DNA of 63,765 bases, the filler included, from Reclinomonas americana ATCC 50394 (lineage: Eukaryota): the NCBI GenBank assembly GCA_048213135.1. It is 8 parts of 8 records of this genome, joined end to end, with 100 filler letters (N's around TTAATTAATTAA, not from the genome) between each part and the next. Parts side by side here need not be neighbours in the genome. Positions count along the whole stretch, not along the records: positions 14,345 to 44,185 come from AFZH01020924.1; positions 44,286 to 51,468 come from AFZH01020925.1; 6 more parts are not named here. One strand, given 5' to 3'. The position numbers and the translations under genes were made by a program. Shown here in pieces: positions 36,986 through 50,800 of the stretch (its first letter is position 1; every line of letters begins with the position of its first letter). A model generated the notes under the pieces. It was given only the letters and a program-made list of their open reading frames with translations. It did no database searches and had not been told where the DNA came from.

Positions 36986-39900
36986 TCACAACTCGTGCCC
37001 TGATTGCTCCTCTGCAAACGCAGAGATGCTGTCCATGGCCTCGAGCTCCTGCATGGCGATGCTGCAGGCGGCCTCGTATTGGTCGTCTAGCTTGCGATCC
37101 ACGAGGTCCTTGCGCGTGATCATGCCTTGCACGCGATTGTGGCGGTCCACTGTGGTGGGCGTGAGAGGCAGCGGCGAACGAATATTAACTGCAGGAGTGA
37201 AGTCTGCGCACCGACGACCATGTGACGCAGTCCGAGGGTGCGGAAGATGCGGAAGGCCAGGTCGGCGTTCCACTCGCCCGACACCACCAACTGCGACACG
37301 TTCATATCTGCAGGCATGTGTCAGAGAGTGTGACTCTCAGGGAAAATGGAGACGGAGCCATGCGCACATTTGTACAGGAGGACTATCTTTGGCGAATCGT
37401 CCGGCAGGAGGCCGAGCGCACCCAGACTCTTCTTGGCCTTGGAGTTCAACAGGTGCTGGAACTCGGCCGGTGTGCCGACAAAGTCCACGTCGAACACACG
37501 CAGCTGAAGCAGCAACATCAAGTGCGCACGCAGGATGAGACTGCATGCAGGCAATAAAGTCAGCAAGACGTCACACCGACAAGGAAGGTGGCTTTTGGAT
37601 TTTGCGTACGCACCCGCGGGACAGACCCTCGTCGTCCACGATCGGGAATCCATTGTGCGTGGTGTTGGTGAGTACTTCGCAGATGCGTGCCACGGTCTCG
37701 CGGAGTCGAAGCGTGACGGCCGGACACTTGGCCACATCGCGACATCGCATGCGCCTATCGGGGGCGCATTCACGTCAGAAGAAGAAGAATATAGAAGACG
37801 TCGGAAGTGAAAAACGGCAGCCTACCGAGCCACAAATGGCGGATCTTGCTCGAGGAAAGGCACAAACTTGAGCACGAGCATGCTTTCATACAGCGGGTGC
37901 GTGAACAGGTCGCCGACACCCTTGGAAATCATAACTGCGTGGAGATGACGAGTGAGCGAGGCACGGAAATACTGTCAGCGCACGCGTGTCGTCGCAACTG
38001 GCCAGAATCACGGGCAGCAAGAAAGCGAGATCTGCACAGGGAGAGTGCATGAGCGACGCGCATGTGCAGGAAGCGGTGGGCAGAACAACGTTACCGTCGG
38101 TAATCTCCACAAAAATCACACAGAGCGCTGCGCTTAGTCGAGAGACGCCGCCAAAGAACGAGGCGGCGCCGACCTGCATCACACACATCGGTAAGGAGAG
38201 GCTATCTCTGTCAAATCTCAACCGTGAAGAATACCCACCAGTGCATAGACGCCCGGTTCGATCTGCAACAAGAAATTGGGTGAGCGCACGAAACGTACGT
38301 GCAATCAGAAATCAAGATCACGTACCGTGCCTGGCCACCATCTGTTGAGGAGCACACCAAAGAAGCGTCCGTATGCACCACCCACGACAAGCATCTGCGT
38401 GTCGGGTGCAGAGAGTGAGAGTGGGTGTGCGACGGTGCGGCATGAGAGCCGACGCACCGGAATGACAAGGCCGCCGGAAATCGCCGAGCCGGCCGTGAGG
38501 CACGACAGGATGGCGTACGCAAAGAACATGATGGCCAGCGAGGTCAGCGAGAACTGCAACAAGCAACAATGGTTGGCGGGCAGACGAGATCAGGCGGCGA
38601 AGAGCAATCCGCTCACCATGTCCGGCACATTGGTCAGGAAGAGGCGACGCACACTTGCTTCTTGCGTGTCGAAGGAGAGCGAGGCCATTTCTGCATGAAC
38701 GTGGGTGAGTCCATCAGGCAGCGGCGACGTGGAGAGAGAGAGTGAATGGCACATCTGCGTACCATTGTAGTACCCGTTCGGGCACGTGTACTGCGTGATG
38801 AGTCCACTCAGAAAGTTGGGAAGATTGTTGGGATTTTGAATGTTGGGTGTTGGTCTGCGGTTGCGCAACATGTCGGCAATGCACACAAACACGCGCCGGG
38901 AGCAGCAAGGCGCGCACACACGCTCCACGCAACAGGCAACCGAAGCTGGCAGGCACGAGGGAGAAAACCGCCGAGCAGATCACCATAATCACGAGGACCT
39001 CGGTGAGTCGCGCCCACCGTTTCGAGTTAATGTTGTCTCTCCGCCAGCGATTGAGTTGCACATTGAGCCAGGTGAACAGGGCGCCAAGGGTGCCACCTGC
39101 GCGAGCCAACACATGCAGGCGTGAGCCAGATGAAGTGCAAAGTCGTGGCGAACGCAAGCGACAAACCGATAAAGCCGAGGATTGAAAACGGAATCAACTC
39201 AGCGATGTGGTACTGTGACGCAGAGAGCTGAGGAGGACGTGCACTGGCGATGAGAGGAGCGCGTTGAGAGACATACCTCATCCGTCGTCTGACCGAGTTC
39301 GAACATGACAGTGGCTGCATCAAACACACTCAATGTTAGACGAAGCGAGGAGTACCGCGAGACGAATCACTGTCGTCACGCAACACGTCTTGTTGAGCGT
39401 CCCATTGAAACCGCTGCGTCGAAGATGGTGAGTCGGTAAGAGCAAATCTCCGGGAGGCCTGTCAGCCCTGAAACACGCACCTCAGGAAGAATCCGTATGC
39501 GAGTGTGGCTGACGCGGCAGCGCACAGACTCAACACGGTCAACTCGTTCGAGTGGAACGATGACGTCTCTTCGATGGCGAACAGCGTGCCGCCGACCGGC
39601 GCACCGAATGCAGCCGACACACCGGCCGCTGAACCGATGTGAATAAAGTCTCGTCTGCACAAGAGGTGAATGAACAAGGGAGGGAGGAAGGGAAGGAGGA
39701 TTGTCTATGCCTGGCGGACCGATCACGAGGATTGCGAAAGCGCGTGCGGGGATTGCAGCCGATACTCTTGGAGCCGAGTGACGACAGACCGCCACCCACC
39801 ATGGCTCCGGCGTGAATCATCGGTGCCTATGGTGATGGAGTGAGTAGCCAGACAACAGAAAATCAAGTGGGAGGGAGACGAGGGGGCGATCACACCACAC

Positions 39901-41443
39901 CTCTGGACCGCAGGGCAAGCTGGAGGCCACAGCCAAGATCATGGCGGTCACCTTGGCGACGAATGTGCGCACATTCATGGCTCGCGGCAAGTGTACGCCA
40001 TTGAGGTAGGCCTGCGTGTGGCACTGCGGTTGGGAGACGATGGGGAGGGAGAGTATGAGTGGCGGCATCGACTGACCTTCACATCGGGAATGCCACCGCC
40101 AGCCGCCGCCGGCTCCCAGAAGAGCACAATGGAGACGGAGGCGAAGGCCAGCACCAGATTGCAGCTCATCCACACCAAAAAAGCCACTGTGATTCTGTCG
40201 TCCGCGAGGACTGTGGGTGGGGGAGAACGATGAGAGGCGAGAAGGCGAAGGGGGAGAGGGTGACAAAAGACATCGGGCGATGAAGGCAATACAAAGGAGG
40301 AAGAGGAGGGGAACGGTGCAGGGCGAGAGATGATGCAGAAGGGAGAGGAGTGGATCATGGCGGGCAATAAACGAGCAAAACTGGTGGCTGCAGGGCGTTG
40401 AAAGGAAAACGCGACGAATGGGAGAAGAGAATTCTCCGCTGCAATCGCAATATGGACGGTGCGGTCCAGGCGCGAGTGCGAGGAGGTGGGCGAGAACGTG
40501 GTAGGGAGGAAGAATGTCACGCCACAGCGAAGCAGCTGCGGGCATGCAATCGGCGAGAAAGAAAGCAGGCGATGCACGAGCTGGGATGACGTTGTCGTGA
40601 GGGGAAGAGAAGAGTGATCATGCAACGAAGCAGGCGTAGAAAAAGAGCAGGAAGTGCATGAGGTATGGATGATGTTCTCACGACGGCGAGAGAAGAGTGA
40701 TCCACCGCGATTGAAATCGAACACAAGCTGATGGATGGCGTCGTCCAGGCGAAAGAGAGTGACGGGGAGAGGAGAGCATGCAAGGAGGCCATCGGAACAC
40801 GGGAGTCGGAGGAAAGGTGAAGCAAGAAAGCAGGTGATGACGGAGGCAAGGGAGAGTGGAAACACAAAGTTGTCATCCTTGTCCGCGTGCTGTGCCTTTC
40901 TCCATCGCCACGCAACAGGTGCTCGCCCACTCGTTCTTCCACCCTTGCAGCCGATCGATGGTCCAATGCACCCCGAAAGACAACATGCCGACCAGCAATC
41001 CAATGAGCACACTCATCGCGTACCTTTGCCCATTGGTACTCATGACCGACTGCGCACGTGAGCTGCACACAAGAGAGAGAGAGAGAGAAGAAGAGGATGA
41101 ACGCAACAAAACGCGTCTCCATGCTGACATTGGCGCGGAACAAGTCATTGTCGACGCGCGTGTAATCAATACTCTGCTGCAACAGTCAGTGTCTGTGTGT
41201 GGCAAGAGAGAAAGACAGGCACACACACACACCTCATACTTGGAGTACTTGGCCTCATCCGCGCTAGTGAGTCGCTCTGTGTGTCTCTGGTAGCGCACCA
41301 CCGGCACTCGGAACGCTTGCAGAATGATACTCGAGTGTGCCGACGATGATTTCTGCACTCGTTCACGCGCGAGTGAGAGAGAGAGAGAAAGCAAGCGACT
41401 ACATAACAGCGGAGCAACGAACCCACGTTGCATAGTCGTCCAT
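36986..41443 (-). CDS. CLC anion channel/transporter, CLC-6/7-like, with two CBS domains
   Basis: KYE|SIDY, EPAAAGGGIPDVK|AYLNG, GPE|APMIHAG, FRNPRDR|RDF, AAGVSAAFGAPVGGTLFAIEE, SGGLVIP, GAASFFGGVSR, HNGFPIVD, FRTLGLRH, GMITRKDL. Confidence 0.95.
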
Positions 41444-41500
41444 GACTGTGACGAAGGGCAAGTCGTGTCCGCTGGCAGGCAGGACGACAGAAGGGAACGA

Positions 41501-43487
41501 ATGCGACTCTGCGCCAGCACTCTCCTGCTCGTGGCGCTTCTCGTGGCCATCATCGCCGCAGCTCCATCGCTCTCCACACTTGTCGCCTCCTCCTCTTCAT
41601 GCTCCGATCGCTTTCCATGGTCGCTCATCGAGGCATCATCGTCATCCGAGGAGGGCATAGGCGCGGTGGCTTACGCCACAGCACCGTTTCAGCTTCGTCG
41701 CGAGTGCACTCGCGCCTTCTCCTCGTGGCTGTCGCTGCGTGCGGAGGCCTTGTCGGTGCGAGCCGGTCGCCTGCGCAAGTTGTTTGCCAGTGAGTTGTAC
41801 GATGTGGTGTCGCAGGTGCAGTCGCCGGCGTATGTGCTGCGACGGCATCCGCAGTTTGATCAGGTATAGTGGTACAGTGTAGGTGTGCAGTGATTGTCGG
41901 GTGCATGATGCGTTGCATGCAGGCGTCGTCACAGTTGGATATCAATGTGCGTGTCACGCCCTCGCGCGTCGACGAGAGACTGTCGATGGTGGCGGAGAGA
42001 TCGTTCTCGCCGTCGTACTCGCTGGTGGTGGAGAATGCGGTGCGTCTTCCGCCATCCCCTTGACCGAGTCTCTTGAGCTCACTTGTGTGTCGCGCAGGTG
42101 ATTGCCGCGAATGACTTTGTGTACACCGCCGACTACTTGCTGATTGCCCGCTCGTGTGAGCCGCACGGGCATGTCGAGTCGCGCTGGTGGTCCGCCACAG
42201 ACACTGTGCTGCTGGCCGATGCCGTGCTGCCGCTCCTGCAGTTGCACGCCGACAATGTGTTTCACATTGTGGCGGACTCGCTGGCACGCCTGCTGCAAGT
42301 GTGGAGCGAGGTGCATGCGGATCGCAGCATTGTGATTCTCACACGTGCCGGGCGCTACGGCGACGAGATGACGTACGACTTGTTTGCCACTGTGGGCATT
42401 CCACGCGAACGAGTTGCGCCTCGATATGTGCGCTTTCGAGTCTGTCGAATCATCCCTCACGACATGTGTGTGTGCACAAGTTGATCCTCGGGCCACCGCC
42501 TGTCATGGCCCGGAAAGTGTACTTCACCGCCGGCATGTACTGCACGCAGCCGCAACCCTCCATCATTCGTGAACTGCATCGCGTGTTCATGTTGCTGCAC
42601 GGCGACATGGTGCGTGCCGCGCTGCGCGAGTACTGGGCACGTTGCGTCACGTGCATCTCTCCTCCTTCTCCTCGTTCTCCTCCTCTCACCGCAACGATCT
42701 GCGCAGCCCGACGATCCGTGGCACTGCGAAGGCTGGGTGCGACGCAGCGACCGGTGCGTCGTGTCGTGTTGCTTCAACGCGACGGTGTGCGGGTGCTGGC
42801 CAACCATGAGCAGGTCTCGTTTGTGACACTGCGCGCGCAAAGCGCAGCGTCTTCCACTCACTGCGACAGGGCAGGTGGTGGACGTGATGCGACGTGAGTT
42901 TCCACACTTTGATGTGGCCGTCATGCCACCGCTGGCCACGGCGGCGGAGGCCGTATTGCACTTTGTGGACGCCGACATTGTGGTCGGTCCGCACGGCGCC
43001 GGCTTTGTGTTTCGCATGTTTTCTGCGTCGAATCGTCCGTGTGCCCACGTGGAAGTGACGCACACCGGTGGGCTCCCTTCCAGCATGCCGTGGGATCCGT
43101 GTTTGGCCGCACTCGCTGTGGTGCAGGTGAGGCGGGGGGATGGGAGGGGGGAGAGGGAGAGATGGGAGAGGGAGAGGGAGAGGGAGGGACAGAGAAAGGG
43201 AGGGAGGCAGGCTGCACGGCTGTTCCAGCTCCGTGCTCTCGATGGAGATGCCAGTTGTGTGAGACATGCGAGAGAGAATGAGGAAAAAGGGGGACAGGGA
43301 GAAAGAGAGACAGGGCCACCCAAGACTGAGCTGTGCACATGTGTAGGGCTGTGTGGCCTTTGTGCACATGGATGCGCAGGGATCGCGCGAGTCGTCGCTG
43401 ACAGCGCCGCTAGACGAGGTGCGCTGGCTCCTGCAGCAGGCCGACGAGTATCTGGACGGCAAGGATACAGTGCGCAGCAGGCATTGA
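41501..43487 (+). CDS. Glycosyltransferase family 61 (DUF563), with signal anchor
   Basis: MRLCASTLLLVALLVAIIAAA; HADNVFHIVADSL; VVLLQRDGVRVLANHEQ; ADIVVGPHGAG...MF...HVE. Confidence 0.8.
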
Positions 43488-44285
43488 GCGTGGGAGAGAA
43501 GAAATGCAGCCTTGACACAGACATCTTGGCCTTTGTTGAGGCGCGATGCATCGCTCTGCCGATCTCTCTGCGTACCCGTGTCCTTCTGGATTCCTGGTTC
43601 ACCGTCCGTCGTGAATCTGGATGCAACTCAGCTTGTTGTGCAGTCCGGCTGTGACGGCAGAAAAGCGCTGGACGACTACGCAGGAGCGAACGTCGCAAGC
43701 CAAGGTGGCTGAGGCTGTCTGGTTAGTGAGGGTGATAGCTGGCACGACGTCGGGGTTTCTCCACTTGCTGCAGTTCCAACACACGACAAAGCCTAGTCGT
43801 CAACACAGCTGCTGTTCCGTGTTGCTCGAAGCATTGAATGCGAACCGGACTGAACAGATGACGAATTCGGCGAATTGGTTTTCAGCAAAAAGCGTGCGTG
43901 AGTGCTGGGTGCCGCTGTGCGTGCACAAGCACATCGATGCTGTGTCGTAGTGGCGGGTGCGAAAGACACTCTGCCATTCACAGCCCATGTGTTCCTCGTG
44001 GTGAGAAATTAGACAACGCATCTGTGTACACACTCTCACACACACACTCTCTCACGCACTCAGCACTCTTTCACATTCGTGTGCACGAGTGAGTGAGTGA
44101 GTGTGGACGGAGCGAATGACCCAAGTTGATTGCGACTCTCTTCCTCTCTCAGTCACTCTTCCTTCCTCCTCTCTCCTCTCTCTCTNNNNNNNNNNNNNNN
44201 NNNNNNNNNNNNNNNNNNNNNNNNNNNNNTTAATTAATTAANNNNNNNNNNNNNNNNNNNNNNNNNNNNNNNNNNNNNNNNNNNN

Positions 44286-44833
44286 GACGCAGCCGTCAGT
44301 GCAGCTACTGGACGCCACCGGCGTTGCGGTCAGCGGTGTCGTTGTTACGGCGTCGATTCAGAGTGGCACGGGTTCTGTGAGCGGCGGTGTGTCGGCCACG
44401 ACGAATGCGTCGGGTGTCGCCACATTCTCGACTCTGGCAGTCACCGGCACTGGATCGTTTACGCTGTTGTTTACGGTGCCTGGGTCTACTGTTGGCCCGA
44501 TCAGCACCACGATTGTGGTAATTCCGACTCCGGCCTACAACAGCTTTTCACCCGCGTCCATTGCATCCTCCAACGGAGTGTTATTGACGGTCACCGGCAC
44601 CAACCTGCAGAACTCATCTGGCGATTCTGTGGGGTACATTATCTCCAGCACGACGTGCACATCACCAACTCCAGTTGGTACCACGAGTTCTGTGGCGCCT
44701 GTGAGTCCGTTCACGAGTGTCGTGTTGACAATCAATGCGGCCACGGTGCCCTCTGGAATAAGCTACAAAGTGTGTGCAAGATGGTACGTGCGATGTTCTT
44801 GTTACTTCTTCACAGAGAGGCACTGCTGGCTGA

Positions 44834-44881
<48 letters not shown>

Positions 44882-47800
44882 CGCAGGCCATCTTCTGCGT
44901 CGTACCAGACTGTGGGTGCTACAAATTTGACCATTGGTGTGTACTCTATGCTCCGTCAGTTGAGTTCCTCTTCTGAACGGGAGCTGTCTGTCGTGCAGTG
45001 AACACCGCTCCAACCGCTCCCACGCTCTCCTCGTCCACCTATCCGCCACTACTAGCTCTGAATGGCGTTATTGGCACACTGTCTTCGACGGACATTAACA
45101 CGGGCCAGACGCTCACGTTCTCCATCTCCGGCGGCGCGAATCAGGCCTCTTTCAATCTTAGCGGAACAAGTCTGCGCTCGAGTGTGGCGGGGTTAACGGG
45201 CAACACGTTGCAGGTGACGGTGCAAGTAAGCGACGGTGTCGGAGGAACAAGCAATACGACATTTTCAATTAGCGAAGGTGCATTGTGCCGTGAGTCATGT
45301 GCTTCATTCTTTCTTCTCACCATTTTCCGCCGGTGGCAGCCAATGTGCTGCCCACGGCGCCGACACTCTCCACATCATTATACTCACCACCCTTGGCCCT
45401 TAACGGCGTGATTGGCACGCTGACGTCAACGGATGTCAACACGGGCCAGACGCTGACGTTCACCATCAGTGGCGGCACGAACCAGACCGCATTCAACATC
45501 AGCGGCACGAATCTGCGTTCAAACGTGGCAGGATTGACGGGCAACGGACTGCAAGTAACTGTGCAAGTGAGTGACGGGGCTGGTGGGACAGCCACGGCCA
45601 CATTTTCAATCAGCGAAGGTTCGTCGTCAGCGAGCGTGACCCTGCCTAATGATTGGTTGGTGTCTCATTGTTCGCTCGTTGACAGCTAATGTGGTGCCGA
45701 CGGCACCGACTCTGTCGCCGTCAACGTACATTCCACCGCTTGCGCTGAACGGAGTGATCGGCACGCTGGCGTCGATCGATCCCAACACGGGCCAGACGCT
45801 GACCTACACCATCACCGGTGGCACAAGTCAGGCCTCTTTCAATCTTAGCGGAACAAGTCTGCGCTCCAGTGTGGCAGGATTGACGGGCAATGTGCTGCAA
45901 GTTACAGTGCAAGTGAGCGATGGCGCTGGAGGAACAACCAGCACGACGTTCTTGATCAGCGAAGGTGATGTGATCTCCGTTCTCCATCTGTCTCTTCACA
46001 CTCACGTTTCTATTTGCTGATCCTGCTCGCGCTGCTTCACAGCGAATGTTCTGCCCACTGCGCCGACGCTCTCCTCATCCACCTACGTGCCGCCGCTGGC
46101 GCTGAATGGCGTGATTGGCACGCTGTCTTCGACGGATCCAAACACGGGCCAGACTCTGACATACATCATCATCGGCGGCACGAACCAGGCTTCTTTCAAC
46201 ATTAGTGGCACGAATCTGCGCTCCAATGTGGCGGCATTGACAGGCAACATGTTGCAGGTGACGGTGCAAGTGAGTGACGGTGCAGGAGGAACGAATAGTA
46301 CCCCGTTTTCCATCAGCGAAGGTGCGCTGTGCGCCGATTGTCTGTCCTAGTCCTGCTTCTCACCTTCTCTGCTTTGGTGACAGCCAATGTGCCACCTACC
46401 GCGCCGACGCTCTCCTCCTTGACGTATACACCGCCACTGGCTTTGAACGGAGTGATCGGCACCCTGTCGTCGACGGATGTCAACACGGGTCAGTTGTTGA
46501 CGTACACCATCACTGGCGGTACAAATCAGGCCTCGTTCAACATCAGTGGCACAAGCTTGCGCTCCAATGTGCCAGGACTGAGTGGCAATGGACTTCAAGT
46601 GACAGTGCAAGTGAGCGATGGAGCAGGTGGCACGGCAAGCACAACGTTCACCGTTAGCGAAGGTGTGAGAGAGAATCTGGATATTTCCGTGCGTGATTCC
46701 GTGAGTTTCTCACTCCTGCTCTTCCTCCTGCCAGCCAATGTGCTGCCCACTGCGCCGGCCCTTTCGGCGTCTACCTACATACCACCGCTGGCCCTGGACG
46801 GCGTGATTGGCACGCTGTCCTCGATGGATCCAAACACTGGACAGACTCTCGCGTTCACCATTACGGGCGGCACGAGCCAGGCCTCATTTAATGTCAGTGG
46901 CACGAGCTTGCGCTCAAGTGTGGCTGGCCTGACTGGTAATGGACTGCAAGTGACTGTGCAAGTGAGCGACGGCGCCGGAGGAACAGCCAACGCGACATTT
47001 ACTCTCAACGAAGGTGAGCTGTTTGTTGAAGTCAGCGAAAATTGCTTTGCGTCGAGTTTCTCATTGTTTTAATTGTGGACAGCTAATGTGCTGCCGACCG
47101 CACCAACACTCTCTTCGTTGACGTACCCACCGCCACTGGCACTGAACGGGGTGATTGGCATGCTGGCTTCAACAGATGTCAACACGGGACAGACGCTCAC
47201 CTTCACTATTACTGGCGGCACGAATCAAGCTTCGTTCAACATCAGCGGCACGAATCTGCGCTCCAATGTGGCAGCGTTGACGGGCAATGGACTGCAAGTG
47301 ACTGTGCAAGTAAGCGACGGCGCTGGAGGAACGAACAGTACCACATTTTCAATCAGCGAAGGTGTGTCGCTGTTCTCGTGACTGTGTCTTCGTGTTATTT
47401 GGTCTCATTGTTCGTTCTTTGACAGGCAATGTGTTGCCGACGGCACCGACTCTGTCTTCATCGACGTACATTCCGCCTTTGGCTATGAATGGCATCATCG
47501 GCGTATTGTCGTCGACCGATGCCAACACGGGCCAGACGCTGACCTACACAATCACCGGTGGCACAAGTCAGGCCTCGTTCAATATCAGCGGTACGAGTTT
47601 GCGCTCCAGTGTGGCGGGACTGACCGGAAATCTGCTGCAAGTGACGGTGCAAGTGAGCGATGGCGCTGGTGGAACAGCGAGTGCGACGTTCTCGATCAGC
47701 GAAGGTGCACTGATCTATACTTTCTTCACGCTCTCGTTTCCATTGGCTGACGCTGCTCGCGTTGCCTCACAGCGAACGTGACACCAACTGTGCCAACACT

Positions 47801-50800
47801 CTCCTCGTCCACATACCCGCCGCCGCTGCCGATGAATGGCTTGATTGGCACGCTGTCTTCCACGGATCCAAACACTAGCCAGACGCTCACGTTCACTATT
47901 ATCGGCGGCACGAATCAGGCCTCTTTCAATATCAGTGGCACGAATCTTTTCTCGAATGTTGCTGGACTGATGGGCAATGGGCTGCAAGTAACTGTGCAAG
48001 TGAACGATGGAGCTGGCGGAACGAATAGTACCACATTTACAATCAGCGAAGGTGCGTCGCGGTTCGAAGTCAGTTTCCCATTCTTGCTTCTCACCTTCTC
48101 TGCTATTGGTGACAGCCAATGTGCTACCCACCGCACCGACACTCTCCTCGTTGACGTATACGCCACCGCTGGCTCTCAATGGAGTGATCGGCACGCTGGC
48201 GTCGACAGATGCGAACACAGGCCAAACCCTCACGTACACCATCACTGGCGGCACGAATCAGGCCTCGTTCAACATCAGCGGCACCAGCTTGCGTTCCAAT
48301 GTGGCGGGGCTGACGGGCAACGGGCTGCAAGTAACCGTGCAAGTGAGCGATGGAGCAGGTGGCACGGCAAACACGACATTCGCCGTTAGCGAAGGTGAGA
48401 GGGAGTCTTGTACTCTTGAGCTGCGTGTTTGATGAGTTTCAAACTCACTCCTGCTTCTTCATCCTGCCAGCCAATGTGGTACCTAGTGCGCCGGCCCTCT
48501 CTACGTCCACCTACATACCGCCGCTCGCGCTGAACAGCGTGATCGGGACGCTATCCTCGACAGACCCCAACACGGGCCAGACGCTCACGTTCACCATCAT
48601 TGGCGGCACGAATCAGACCTCGTTCACCATCAGTGGCACAAGTTTGCTGTCGAATGTTGCTGGCCTGACGGGCAATGGGCTGCAGGTGACTGTACGAGTA
48701 AGCGATGGTGCTGGCGGAACCGCTAGCACGACGTTTACTCTCAACGAAGGTGAGAAGGCTTCCACATTGTTGCCATAGATCTTGTCGTTCTATAATATTA
48801 ACATTGAGTTCTCTTGTCTCACCAGCAAACGTGATACCCACTTCGCCGATCCTATCGGTGTCCGCCTACATTCCACCGCTGGCCCTGAACGGAGTGATTG
48901 CCACTTTGTCATCGGTGGATCCGAACACTGGCCAGATGCTCACGTTCACCATTACGGGCGGCACGAACCAGGCCTCATTCAACATTAGTGGCACGAGCTT
49001 GCTCTCCAATGTGGCGGGCTTGACTGGCAACGGGCTGCAAGTGACCGTACAAGTGAACGATGGAGCTGGCGGAACGAACAGCAGTACATTCTCAATCAGC
49101 GAAGGTGTGAAGAAGTCTCGTTGTTGCGTGTGTGATACTGTGAGTTGCTCACTTCTGCTTTTCTGGTTGTGCCAGTCAACGTGTCTCCCAGTGCACCAAC
49201 TCTCTCCGCGTCCACCTACATACCGCCGCTTGTGATGAATGGCGTGATTGGCACGCTGTCCTCGACGGATCCCAACACTGGACAACCGCTGCTGTTCACC
49301 ATTGTCGGCGGCACCGATGCGTCGTCATTCAACATCAGCGGCTCGAGCTTGCGGTCGAACGTGGCTGCGCTGACCGGAAACGGACTGCAAGTCACCGTGC
49401 AAGTGAGCGATGGTGCCGGCGGCGTGGCCAGCAGCATGTTCACCATCAGCGAAGGTGCGTATGTGTGTGACTGTCGCCCTTCTTTGGCACCAACTCACCT
49501 TTCCTGCAGCCAACGTCGTGCCCACTGCGCCGACCCTTTCTTCTATCACGTACATACCACCGCTGGCGCTGAATGGCGTCATTGGTACACTGTCGTCTGT
49601 GGACCCCAACACCGGACAGACGCTGACATTTACGATCACGGGCGGGGCCAACCATGCCTCGTTCAATATCAGTGGCACCAGTCTGCGATCGAATGTTAGC
49701 GGCCTCACGGGAAACGGACTGCAAGTAACTGTGCGCGTAAGCGACGGAGCCGGTGGAGTGGCCAATACTACGTTCACAATCAGCGAATGTGAGAGACTTC
49801 TATCGTCAACAACCTCTTGTGGTTGGATGACTCAAGTTTCTTGTTGCGCAGCAAACGTCAACCCTACCGCGCCAACTCTGTCCTCCACTTTGTACGTACC
49901 GCCGCTCGCCCTCAACGGCACGATTGGCACTCTGTCGTCGACCGACGCCAACACGGGTCAGGCCCTGACGTTCACTATTGCTGGCGGTACACACTCGACG
50001 CGCTTCAACATCAGCGGTACGACGCTGCGCTCCAACGTGGCCGGCCTCGCCGGCAACAGCTTGCAGGTGGTGGTGCTGGTGAGCGATGGTGCGGGTGGAT
50101 CGGTCAGCAGCACGTTTTCGATTTCCGAGAGTTGCGTGCATCACGAAAATGCTGTCGCGTACCTACCGTGTGGCTGACAAGAGTGAGCAGGCAACGTTAT
50201 ACCGTCGGTACCGACGTTGTCGACCAGTTTGTACACTCCACCGCTCGCCGTGAATGGCATCATTGGAGCGCTGTCATCGAGCGATCCCAACACTGGCCAG
50301 ACGCTTGTTTTCTCGATCGCGGGTGGCGCGAATCAGGCGTCCTTTGTTATCATCGGCTCGAATCTGTGCTCGAATGTGGCGGGATTGACCGGTAATGGTC
50401 TGCAGGTGTCGGTGAGCGTCAGCGACGGCGCCGGCGGAGTCGCCAGTTCCATGTTCACCATCAGTGAGGGTGAGTCTCATGGCAGGCTGTTGCTCGAGCA
50501 CGTCGTTGCGCTCATCCCTTCTGTATGTGTGCAGTGAACGTGCTGCCGACGGCTCCTGTTCTGTCGAACAACCTGTTTGTGCCGCCGCTGCCGCTGAATG
50601 GTGTGATTGGCGCGCTATCGTCTGTCGACCCAAACACGGGACAGATGCTGGTGTTCAGCATCACCGGCGGCACCAATGCAGCTCTGTTCGACATCAGCGG
50701 CTCGTCGCTGCGGAGCAATGTGGTGGGCTTGACGGGCTACAATCTGCAAGTGACGGTGCAAGTGAGCGATGGAGCGGGCGGCACGGCGAGCGTAATGCTC

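Noticed and set aside
41444..41658. CLC start at 41658 overlapping the GT61 gene
   Set aside because: It is antisense to a clear GT61 signal-anchor exon; ATG 41443 with a normal intron explains the CLC N-terminus.
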